Shown here piece by piece: positions 38,777 to 47,545 of a stretch of 64,000 nt of DNA. The notes beneath the pieces are model-generated. The model was not told the DNA's origin, did no database searches, and was given only the letters and a program-made list of their open reading frames with translations. Numbering within the stretch: the first letter of the stretch is position 1; every line of letters begins with the position of its first letter. The translations under genes and the position numbers were made by a program. Source of the stretch: a virus (Duplodnaviria; Caudoviricetes); IMG/VR virus record IMGVR_UViG_3300002514_008521, positions 24,449 through 88,448 of that record. One strand, 5' to 3'.

Positions 38777-39140
38777 TGGTGGAGGTGCCGGGAATCGAAC
38801 CCGGGTCCAAAATAAATCTAAAAATTAGGTCATTCACAAGTTTGTCTGATTTATTCCCAAACCAGCAAAGTATCTCGAAATCTCCTCGTCCTTATCGAGA
38901 ATCAGGACCTCACCCACTTACGTAGGGAACCATTGGGGACCTTTTAAACTCCGTGAGGTCAACCACTTATCCGATCTTTACTAACAAGGTTATCGGAAAC
39001 CCCGCAATTACGCAGCTAAGGCGTAATCGTACTCAACATTATCGTTGGCAATTAAAGTTCGCAACACTGTCAATCCATGTGTCACAGTTGGATACTTGCA
39101 CCCTCAAATGTCCTTACCTTGTCGAGACCAGTTCACCCCC
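38777..39140 (-). ncRNA. ssrA: tmRNA, tag peptide (A)ANDNVEYDYALAA*
   Basis: 5' GGGGGTGAACTGGTCTCGAC; 3' GGTTCGATTCCCGGCACCTCCACCA; acceptor stem with G3.U pair; tag frame 39049-39008. Confidence 0.97.
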
Positions 39141-39142
39141 AT

Positions 39143-39334
39143 TTATGGTTTTTTTGATTTCTCTTGTTCAATTGTTGCCTTTACCAGTTCACCGGCTTCC
39201 TTCTTAAGAAGTCTTAACCCTTTCCGGGCGCGCACGCCGGCGGATGCATTTCCAGATGCATTTTTATTAACATCTAGATCCAGGCTATCAACTAGTACTT
39301 TAATTTCATTCCATTTTTCTAAAATATTCGACAT
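39143..39334 (-). CDS. Histone H1-like protein, Hc1/HctA-type
   Basis: GNASAGVRARKGLRLLKK resembles the Hc1 family core motif; GGGAG RBS. Confidence 0.75.
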   Translation of the reverse strand: MSNILEKWNEIKVLVDSLDLDVNKNASGNASAGVRARKGLRLLKKEAGELVKATIEQEKSKKP

Positions 39335-39588
39335 TATAATTCTCCCATGTCAGTAATTATACCATCTTCAGACTTTTCAGATAGTCTATCAATGTATGTT
39401 TTTATTTGTTCATTCATATTATCAATTATGGTCTGATCTTCTAATTCCATTATCAAAAAATAACAAATTTTCATAATTTGTTGATCATTCACACCAAAAC
39501 TCATAATCTCTAAAACTACTTCTCTTGCTCGTGTGGAGTCCCACGCGACCTGTTCTTGCTCAGTATTTCCGTATTGTTTAAGGTTCAT
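39334..39588 (-). CDS. Hypothetical protein
   Basis: Translationally coupled to both neighbours. Confidence 0.6.
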   Translation of the reverse strand: MNLKQYGNTEQEQVAWDSTRAREVVLEIMSFGVNDQQIMKICYFLIMELEDQTIIDNMNEQIKTYIDRLSEKSEDGIITDMGEL

Positions 39589-40054
39589 TTGTATTCATCA
39601 TGTTTGATGCTAGAAATTCTTCTAGCTTAAATTTTTGTGGGCCTACGAATACTAGTCTTTTTCCGGTTACTTCATCGTTTATAAAGTCTTTTGAAAGAAT
39701 AATATTCTCTCCCCATTTTTTATGTGTAATAATAAAGCTAGCTTGTTCCCACGTGGGTAAGTCTACATTGTATGTCTTTAGAACATCTACCAGATCACTG
39801 GATAGTGATAATGACATCTCTTCTTTTGTTGTAATTGAGTTTAAATCTTCCTTACCAGCAACAATCTCTGATTTACATATGTCAAAAATACGATGAACTA
39901 CACCACAGTTATTGCACTGAGCAAACTTTGGTATTACTGTATCGCTGTCATCAATAATAGAAAATACAATAAACTTATGATATAAGGCTGATTCTCTATA
40001 TTTAAATTGTGGCAGTATACAGTGGCATTCCACCATATGTTTCACACCTTTCAT
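39578..40054 (-). CDS. Hypothetical protein with putative Zn site (CHC...CNNC)
   Basis: ECHCILP and AQCNNCG motifs. Confidence 0.6.
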   Translation of the reverse strand: MKGVKHMVECHCILPQFKYRESALYHKFIVFSIIDDSDTVIPKFAQCNNCGVVHRIFDICKSEIVAGKEDLNSITTKEEMSLSLSSDLVDVLKTYNVDLPTWEQASFIITHKKWGENIILSKDFINDEVTGKRLVFVGPQKFKLEEFLASNMMNTNEP

Positions 40055-40061
40055 CGGATAT

Positions 40062-40265
40062 TTATCCTAGGCACTTAAGAACCGCGTCGACACCACGCTC
40101 AAATGTTTGGTGTGTAGTACCCTTTAATAAGGTAACTAACGACTTAAGCTGACCATCTGACAATTCATTTTCACGTGCAAAAGTCATGACTGCCTTTGTA
40201 AGATCATTAGATACAAGATCACGCAAATCATAAAGAGTTTTTCCTACGTCACTTTGAACACTCAT
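40062..40265 (-). CDS. Hypothetical protein
   Basis: AAGGAG RBS; operon position. Confidence 0.6.
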   Translation of the reverse strand: MSVQSDVGKTLYDLRDLVSNDLTKAVMTFARENELSDGQLKSLVTLLKGTTHQTFERGVDAVLKCLG

Positions 40266-40342
40266 ATTTTCTCCTTAGGTTTAAAAATATTTTAAAAATT
40301 ATATGTAGAGAATGAATAGTAAAATATTCTGCCTATATCAAG

Positions 40343-41707
40343 CTAGTCAATTGTAAGGTAGGCACCGGAATTTGCGATTGTAGAAGACAAAGAATACGCA
40401 TCGATCATTCCATTGATCAATGATGATGCTGGAGCAATTGTTATATTGTTTTTGCTTAATTTGCTTAATACACTTTTTATGAGGGGATCTAATTCATCTT
40501 TTTTGCATAATGTAGAAATATCGATGTATCCATTGTGCGCTACTTCGTTAATCATCTTAATACCCCCACCAATTCTTAGCGTTTTAAGCTTGAGACGATT
40601 TTTATCATAATCATTTAGTGATATACTGACACACCTACTACTGAGTGTAGTTATTCTGTCACTTAATAAATTAGTCTTTTCCGGATTAATCTCATTTTCG
40701 AGTTTTTTAACCAAGTACTTCATGTGTGCACGTACACCTACACTAGCACTAGGATTTCGTATAATCACATTATTACCCTCTATAGATAAACCGGAAATAT
40801 TGGGGCAATCTTCAAATTTGATTGTTGATATTAGCTGGCCTTTAAGTGATGAAACAACATCGGTATTACAACATACCGCAATATCTTTAAGCATATTTGA
40901 TCCCGCAAGGTCATATGGGACAATAATGGGGACAACATCCAGAGTTTCTTTCACAAAATTAACCAGTAGTGTATTTGCCACATCATCTGAATAGCCCCTG
41001 CAAAAGAAAACGACAGGTTTCCTCAATTCAGAAGCTGCAGCCAGAATCTTATCAATCTCGGAAACTTTTTCTACTAATCCATCGACTATAACTACAGTTA
41101 CGTTTTCTCTATCCCACTTTTTTACTTTGCCACTATTAATAAACAAAGGGTGGGCATTTATCTTAAATTTATTTCCACTTATAAGTTCTAGACATATTGC
41201 ATCTTTAGGCTTTTCATTGATATGCACCTGTGCATCCATGCCACCTAATAAGAGTGTTTCATTAATGATTAGGGATATGTCTGAATCTTGAATGTATGTT
41301 TTTATAAATTTTTCGATAATATCTTTATTGGCAAACCTGCTGTGTAATGACATCACCCTGGATATATCTGGTATATCAATAGCCCATGGGGTTTCTAGTG
41401 TCTTTAGTTTTATCATTTTTTTTAAAAATTCTACAAAAAACATGTAGACAAAAAAACCACCGTATGCGCACTTTTTGTCTGCTCTGAATACAGTTTCTAT
41501 TAATGCATTTCGTAACAGAAAATTGCACCCGGACTCTTTACTTTCTGATAGGATTCCTTGTATGTCCGTAAAGTATTGGGGCAAGAGTGTGCTATCATAA
41601 TCTAGGTAGATTGATCTTTGTAAGATATCTTCACACAACACATCCAAACTTTCAACATACTCAATTATAGTTGGATTGACATTGAAGTGCGTCTTATAGA
41701 AATTCAT
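40343..41707 (-). CDS. Divergent GroEL/Cpn60-like protein
   Basis: Apical-domain similarity (VVIVDGLVEKVSEIDKIL, RKPVVFFCRGYSDDVANTLLVN, NMLKDIAV); GDGTTT motif absent. Confidence 0.75.
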   Translation of the reverse strand: MNFYKTHFNVNPTIIEYVESLDVLCEDILQRSIYLDYDSTLLPQYFTDIQGILSESKESGCNFLLRNALIETVFRADKKCAYGGFFVYMFFVEFLKKMIKLKTLETPWAIDIPDISRVMSLHSRFANKDIIEKFIKTYIQDSDISLIINETLLLGGMDAQVHINEKPKDAICLELISGNKFKINAHPLFINSGKVKKWDRENVTVVIVDGLVEKVSEIDKILAAASELRKPVVFFCRGYSDDVANTLLVNFVKETLDVVPIIVPYDLAGSNMLKDIAVCCNTDVVSSLKGQLISTIKFEDCPNISGLSIEGNNVIIRNPSASVGVRAHMKYLVKKLENEINPEKTNLLSDRITTLSSRCVSISLNDYDKNRLKLKTLRIGGGIKMINEVAHNGYIDISTLCKKDELDPLIKSVLSKLSKNNITIAPASSLINGMIDAYSLSSTIANSGAYLTID

Positions 41708-41719
41708 AATGGATCCGTT

Positions 41720-41995
41720 TTAATGCTTGATCAGATCATCATCAGGTACTGTTACAGTCGATATTTGGGCTTGAAGTAATTGTCGGCGCAATGTTTCCCA
41801 TTGTTCAGACCTTTCTTTTTTTTGTTCCTCTTCTTGTGCTTTTTCCCATGCTGTGCGTACCATTGCTCCGACCAGCCCTAAAGATAAAAGCACCCAAGCC
41901 AATACTGTATTGGTGCTAAACATAAACAAAGCACCGGTAACCAGAAGTTCCGCCATCTGAAATTTAAATTTAATATTCACGATATACCTCACCAT
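41720..41995 (-). CDS. Small membrane protein
   Basis: Hydrophobic N-half (about 2 TM segments) and charged C-terminus. Confidence 0.55.
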   Translation of the reverse strand: MVRYIVNIKFKFQMAELLVTGALFMFSTNTVLAWVLLSLGLVGAMVRTAWEKAQEEEQKKERSEQWETLRRQLLQAQISTVTVPDDDLIKH

Positions 41996-42060
41996 CTATA
42001 TTCATATCATATAAAGATATAATAAAAAGATGATTAGTATAAGTCTATGAAAAACTAATG

Positions 42061-43989
42061 CTAGCTATCACGCCAAAGGTTATTACTAGCGAACGCAATA
42101 ACTTCTGCAGCAGAGTCAGGATTGTACCCATACTCATCAACCAGTGTTTGTACCATATCGCCATATTTCTTTTGTTGATCATCATCTCTAGTCTTAGACT
42201 TTGTTACAATCCTTGCCATATCTTTTACAGATGAGATCAAATAGCTTTCAATGGCCTCTTTAAGGGGTTCATAACTAGTGTAGTCAACTGTCTCACCCCT
42301 TCTCATTTTAGCAAACATGTAGGCTGTAACATCACTTCTAAATCCATCACGAGATGAACCGGTTATTCCTATTTGTTCTTCAATAGCTTTTAGAAAATAT
42401 TCGTCCGGTGCCTTCTCTTCTTTAGTGATTCTATCTTTCATTTTTTGTGATGTTGTATATGCTTCAGCATTATCTAGATAATTGTCAAATAAAGATTGCG
42501 CTTGTTCTTCGTATGCCGTTACAAATGCTTTTGCAATTTCGGTTTCTAGAATTTTTAGGTATTCTTCTCTAATTGTTTTTTGAATAAGTTCTAAACAATG
42601 ATTTCGAAAATCTTCATCGACCACTTGTTCTTTTACTTGCTTTGTTAACGATTCCATTATAGAAATTGGTGTTATCATACCGGCCTCGCTGTCCGAAAGG
42701 GCACAGTCAATTGACTTCATTATAAATCTCGTTGAAATACCGGACATGCCTTCTTGTCTTACTTCATCTCTTAGATCTCTAATATCAATCTTCTTGACTC
42801 TTCCCTTTTCAATCACATCTTCCCCATTATAGATCTTCATTTTAGTAAGAAGATCACATTTCTGTGATGATTTGAGCCGGCTCATTACTGAAAACATGGA
42901 TGCTATTTTAATAGTATGGGGAGCAATATGTGCCTTAAAGTCCGATCGTTTGAGTATTTTTTCATAAATTTTTACTTCTTGATCTAGCTCTAAAACATAG
43001 GGAATATTAATTTTTACTACGCGATCAAGAATTGCTTCGTTTGTATGTTCGCTTCTAAAACGATTCCACTCTGACTCATTACAATGTGCCAAAATAACAC
43101 CATCAAAATAAATCATATTATGCTTTCCAGGTGATGGAACGCGTTTTTCCTGTGTTGCAGTAATAACCGTATGTAGAAATTCAATTTCATTTTTGAACAT
43201 CTCGATCATTTCTACGATTCCTCTATTTCCTACGTTAAATGCACCATTAAGTGACAGCGCTCTAGGATCATCTTCAGGATATAAATCTAGTTTTGAAATA
43301 TCCTCCGATCCAATTAGTACTGAAACATCTTGGCTATTTGCGTCCATAGGGGGAACGGATGCGATTCCTCTTCTAGCGCGCTGAGAGAATGTTGACTCAA
43401 CAACCGGAAACTTTTCATATTCACCACTTAATTCATTCAAGAGATGATGCCGCGCAATAGGGCTAATATCACCTTCGATCTTTATATTAAGTAATGATTC
43501 AAATTTTTCTCGTAAAGCCCTGGGAATGAGGTGTAAGGGTTCACCCTTTTGAGGGTCACCTTTAAGATGGTAATATGATACACCATCAAGTGATCTCTTT
43601 ACATGCTCAGTAAGTGCAGATTTTCCTGCTCCAACCGGGCCCATCAATAATAAGATCTGGCGACTTTCTTCACCCTTAAGCGAGGCGGATCTTAGAAAAC
43701 GCATTATTTTTGAAATAACTTTTTCCATTCCAAAAAATTCTTCTTGAAAATAATCATAAATCTTTACATTTTCGCTGTCGAATATTTTATGCTTTCTGGG
43801 ATTTGTATCTTCCATTCTACTTATGCCACATTCTACAATGGCGTCATAAAGCCTTTTATGTGACAGTTTTGTAAGATCCGGATTCTTACTAACCAAATCC
43901 AAGTAGTCTAAAAATGTTCCTTCAAACTTAGGTTTCTTATTCTTATTTCTTTGTTTTTCTATTAATTTTAGAAAGTTATCTTTTGACAT
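42061..43989 (-). CDS. prkA: PrkA/YeaG-family AAA+ ATPase (annotated serine kinase)
   Basis: EEFFGME, LLMGPVGAGKS, NRGIVEMIEMFK, LAHCNESEW, AILDR. Confidence 0.95.
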   Translation of the reverse strand: MSKDNFLKLIEKQRNKNKKPKFEGTFLDYLDLVSKNPDLTKLSHKRLYDAIVECGISRMEDTNPRKHKIFDSENVKIYDYFQEEFFGMEKVISKIMRFLRSASLKGEESRQILLLMGPVGAGKSALTEHVKRSLDGVSYYHLKGDPQKGEPLHLIPRALREKFESLLNIKIEGDISPIARHHLLNELSGEYEKFPVVESTFSQRARRGIASVPPMDANSQDVSVLIGSEDISKLDLYPEDDPRALSLNGAFNVGNRGIVEMIEMFKNEIEFLHTVITATQEKRVPSPGKHNMIYFDGVILAHCNESEWNRFRSEHTNEAILDRVVKINIPYVLELDQEVKIYEKILKRSDFKAHIAPHTIKIASMFSVMSRLKSSQKCDLLTKMKIYNGEDVIEKGRVKKIDIRDLRDEVRQEGMSGISTRFIMKSIDCALSDSEAGMITPISIMESLTKQVKEQVVDEDFRNHCLELIQKTIREEYLKILETEIAKAFVTAYEEQAQSLFDNYLDNAEAYTTSQKMKDRITKEEKAPDEYFLKAIEEQIGITGSSRDGFRSDVTAYMFAKMRRGETVDYTSYEPLKEAIESYLISSVKDMARIVTKSKTRDDDQQKKYGDMVQTLVDEYGYNPDSAAEVIAFASNNLWRDS

Positions 43990-44011
43990 TAGTATGCTCC
44001 CTTAAACATAA

Positions 44012-45319
44012 TTAGATCTCCCATGGCTCATCTTCTATAATTGTATCAAGTTTTGCTATATCATCCCATAATTGGCTTACATGTATAACAACCTCATCGG
44101 CATGTGCTAGGTCCAGATCTCTTCCGTCATGATCATGTCTCAACTCTAATATATTTCCTTCGCGCACTTCGTTAATGTAGATTCTAGGGATGCCGTTTGA
44201 ACCAATGCTGTCCATAAGATCATTCTTCACTAGTTTCCACCCATCCTTATCTGCAATCTCTTCGATCGTATATGTGCCTTTTTTGTTAGCATAGGAAAAT
44301 AAGTTAAGCTCCTGGCAATCTTCTGCAGTTAAATATTGGCGAATGAAGGCTTCATCATGTAATGACTCTCTAGCAATGAAACATTCCTCCAGCCCAAATC
44401 GTTCCTCTATCTTATTAAACAAATAAAAACCCATATGGTAAGGATTAATTCGTCCGATGTGAGGGCGAATAACCTGATTGTGACTTTTTAAAAACGGGAT
44501 GTGGTATTTATCATCTAGCTTAAGCTCATGCATAAGCCTATAGTGCCAATAGGATGCCCATCCCTCATTCATAATTTTAGTTTGAATTTGAGGCAAAAAA
44601 TAATTTGCATGATCGCTAACAATTTCTAGGATATCTTTTTGCCAATCTTCCAGGCCACGAGAATGTTCTCCTAAAAATCCCAAGATATCATAGTCAGGTT
44701 CAATAGGGACTTTTTCAACATCTATATGATTATAGTCCCCATTGACGTCATTCTTGATAATTTCAACCCATTGTTTTTTCAGGGTCTTATGTGGTACCCT
44801 TTCCTTGTATGCCCTAGGAATTTGAAATTCGATAGCATGGGCTGCATCCAGAATGCTTTCTACTTTCTGTATTCCTATACTCGGATCTTCAATATATCCC
44901 TGTATTCGTTTCTTTGCATTTCGAAACCTAGCTGTTACAGTCTCTGCCCTCGTATGAGAAAACATGCGATTATTCTTGAAGAAGTCTGAGTGGCCCACAC
45001 AATGACACATTATTAATATCTGCAAATAGAGGGGGTTTTCTCTCATTAAATATGAGATAGAGGGATCGGAATTAATGATAAGTTCGTACGGAAGACCTTC
45101 AACACCGGCATTATACATCTGGTGTGTTCTTTCAAATGATTTCCCAAATGACCAGTGAGAATAATGGCTCGGCATGCCGTGATATGACATGTTACCTATC
45201 ATCTCAAAGTAGTCGCATGTCTCATACACAATAGGATACCAATCTAATCCATGCCCCTTTGCCAGTTGGCAGATTTTTTCATCCCATTCAGCTAATTCAT
45301 CTAGTGACCAATCATTCAT
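44012..45319 (-). CDS. spoVR: SpoVR/YcgB family protein
   Basis: GMPSHYSHWSFGK, YELIINSDP, HCVGHSDFFKNN, KIMNEGWASYWH, NPYHMG; start reset to ATG 45319. Confidence 0.95.
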   Translation of the reverse strand: MNDWSLDELAEWDEKICQLAKGHGLDWYPIVYETCDYFEMIGNMSYHGMPSHYSHWSFGKSFERTHQMYNAGVEGLPYELIINSDPSISYLMRENPLYLQILIMCHCVGHSDFFKNNRMFSHTRAETVTARFRNAKKRIQGYIEDPSIGIQKVESILDAAHAIEFQIPRAYKERVPHKTLKKQWVEIIKNDVNGDYNHIDVEKVPIEPDYDILGFLGEHSRGLEDWQKDILEIVSDHANYFLPQIQTKIMNEGWASYWHYRLMHELKLDDKYHIPFLKSHNQVIRPHIGRINPYHMGFYLFNKIEERFGLEECFIARESLHDEAFIRQYLTAEDCQELNLFSYANKKGTYTIEEIADKDGWKLVKNDLMDSIGSNGIPRIYINEVREGNILELRHDHDGRDLDLAHADEVVIHVSQLWDDIAKLDTIIEDEPWEI

Positions 45320-46487
45320 TAATTCGCGCTCCAAAGACTTTTCGAAAAGCCGACCAGATATCTGACTTCTTATTGATACTGACAATCTTAAATTGCTTAT
45401 CACATAAAGGTGAAAAACAATTAGACAATCTAGATTCATCGTCAGAGTATATTGGTCGTTCTCCAGTTGGCTCTATTTCACAATAGGCATATAGTTGTGT
45501 TTTTTCTTTTAGTAATCTAGCAATCTCCACGCACTGATCAGTGTCAGAAGGCCAGTTGTCACCGTCAGAACACTGAAAGCAGTAAATATTCCAAAAGTCT
45601 GGGTGGTAACGTTGTCCAATTATATCATTCGCGTGTTGTAGTGCTGTTGATACAATTGTTCCACCGCTATTTCCTCGGGTGAAAAATTGTTCTTCATTGA
45701 CCTCATATGAACTAGTATCATGTGCTAAAAATACAATATCAACATTCTCATATCTGTGATTTAAAAATTGATACAACAGAAAATAAAAGCTTCTGGCTAA
45801 AAATTTCTTATTCTTAGTCATAGAGCCTGATATGTCCATTATAAAAAAGATAACAGCGTTGCTAGATTCTTTTTTTGAGCGTTTCATATGCTTGTATCTC
45901 AAGTCTTCTTCATGAAATGTAAAGCGCTCTTCGTCCTCTTGCCTATTATCTACCCTCGCCGAAGCCTTTTTTCTCTTAATTCTATTGATGGCCGTCTTCT
46001 TTTTGTCCAGCCTAGGGCGAATCCCTTTTTTTCGTATGCCTTTTCTCTTTAAACTATCAGAGGTGATATTTTTTATTCTTTTCTTTTCAAGATCCGGAAG
46101 TTCTAGATCTGCAAAAAGATATTCCGCAAGTTCATTAAGAGTAATCTCTACCTCATAATACTCTTGTCCGGCATCATTCCCGGGTTCACCGGCATCAGGT
46201 TTAGATTGCTGGGGTGCTTGTCCTACGGACTGTCCTCTTTTGACATCTTTACCCTTTGCAGAGCCCACCTGTTTGTTAGACTCGTTATCCCCGTAGATAA
46301 AGCGATATTCTTTAATACCACGTACGGGTATCCGAATTGTCTTTTTACCGTCCTGCCCAATTATCGACTCATCAGCGACAATATCATATATTCCATCTTT
46401 GATGGCCCGTTCTATTTTTTGCTTGTGCCGACGCCGATCTGATGCTGATCTATCTGCGGATGTTTTATGTTCTTTAAACGTTGACAT
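45312..46487 (-). CDS. yeaH: YeaH/YhbH (UPF0229) VWA-like protein
   Basis: IPVRGIKEYRF, FFIMDISGSM (MIDAS-like), SGGTIVS, SDGDNW. Confidence 0.93.
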   Translation of the reverse strand: MSTFKEHKTSADRSASDRRRHKQKIERAIKDGIYDIVADESIIGQDGKKTIRIPVRGIKEYRFIYGDNESNKQVGSAKGKDVKRGQSVGQAPQQSKPDAGEPGNDAGQEYYEVEITLNELAEYLFADLELPDLEKKRIKNITSDSLKRKGIRKKGIRPRLDKKKTAINRIKRKKASARVDNRQEDEERFTFHEEDLRYKHMKRSKKESSNAVIFFIMDISGSMTKNKKFLARSFYFLLYQFLNHRYENVDIVFLAHDTSSYEVNEEQFFTRGNSGGTIVSTALQHANDIIGQRYHPDFWNIYCFQCSDGDNWPSDTDQCVEIARLLKEKTQLYAYCEIEPTGERPIYSDDESRLSNCFSPLCDKQFKIVSINKKSDIWSAFRKVFGARINE

Positions 46488-46519
46488 GGTAATAAATATG
46501 CATTCCTCTTACAATCATA

Positions 46520-47494
46520 TCAACTACCTTCCACAATGTTTTTAGCAATTATGAGCGCGCCCCTCATATAAGGCTTAATTCCTCGCTCCATTTCGTCCCA
46601 TGAGAGCCAGTGTGCTGACTCATGTTCATACTCACCGGTCTCAGGATTAGGCGCTATAAAAGGCTCTTGTGATGTCTCTGCCACATACAGTGTCAGGTGA
46701 TTTACTTTCAAAGATTTTAGGCCCCACCTAAAGTTTAATTCACTTATTCCTGATTCTTCATAAGTTTCTCTTATGGCTGCCTCTAGAGTATCCTCACCCG
46801 GATCAAGCTGCCCTTTGGGAAGATCAAAGGCGCCGTTAATCTTAAGACCTAATACATGATGTCGTCCTTCGATTTTTTTTAAAACTATAAAACCGGCTCC
46901 TGGGGGCTTATCTTCTTTATTATTTTTCATAATTTCAATCAATATATTTCGTACGTATTTTTTTATGAATGCTAAAGGATTTCGTGATTCCGTAGCTACC
47001 AGCGTATAAGAAAATCCAACATTATTTTTCTTAGTAATTGCAGATATTGCATCAATATTTTTGATATTATCTTCAAAGACATGAACATGTGTATAACCAT
47101 CTTTAAAGATCCTGTCTTGAACATATAATGCTTTATCAAGTGGATTGTTGGATCCTACGGCCATAACATTAATAGAAGGATCAATTCCATGATCAACTAA
47201 AAATTCTTTGACTGGTGTGCCGTTGCTTCTAGCTGTTAAGATAACTGTATTATTAATCCCACCGGCAGAAATTGCATCATTTAACTTTTTAAATGATGAC
47301 TTGATGGGTTGTCCATTGACGGGATATATTTCGAAGTCATCGAAATTATATTCATCACCATCATCAGGAACATATTTTGCGAATTCATCGCTAGTTAATT
47401 CACTAATGTCGCCATTAGCATGTGTGACCCTTACAACGGCGTCTGACTTTGCCAATGTATCATCAAAATCAAAAATATTTAACGTGATAGACAT
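46520..47494 (-). CDS. HAD-like domain fused to Nudix hydrolase
   Basis: IFDFDDTL, ILTAR, VFEDN (HAD); GQLDPGEDTLEAAIRETYEESG (Nudix box). Confidence 0.85.
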   Translation of the reverse strand: MSITLNIFDFDDTLAKSDAVVRVTHANGDISELTSDEFAKYVPDDGDEYNFDDFEIYPVNGQPIKSSFKKLNDAISAGGINNTVILTARSNGTPVKEFLVDHGIDPSINVMAVGSNNPLDKALYVQDRIFKDGYTHVHVFEDNIKNIDAISAITKKNNVGFSYTLVATESRNPLAFIKKYVRNILIEIMKNNKEDKPPGAGFIVLKKIEGRHHVLGLKINGAFDLPKGQLDPGEDTLEAAIRETYEESGISELNFRWGLKSLKVNHLTLYVAETSQEPFIAPNPETGEYEHESAHWLSWDEMERGIKPYMRGALIIAKNIVEGS

Positions 47495-47545
47495 GTTGTA
47501 TTTAAGTATGGACTGTCCCTACTAACAATTTCTGCAAATACAGGT

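Noticed and set aside
38640-38837. ORF-track N-terminal extension of the tubulin gene (425 aa)
   Set aside because: It overlaps the tmRNA 3' end; an ATG at 38639 with an AGGAG RBS gives the plausible start
38704-39356. Plus-strand ORFs 38704-38925, 38953-39207, 39045-39356
   Set aside because: Antisense to tmRNA and the Hc1-like gene; no protein features
44012-45439. ORF-track start of spoVR at 45439
   Set aside because: It would overlap yeaH by 128 nt; ATG 45319 gives the usual short overlap and a family-like N-terminus
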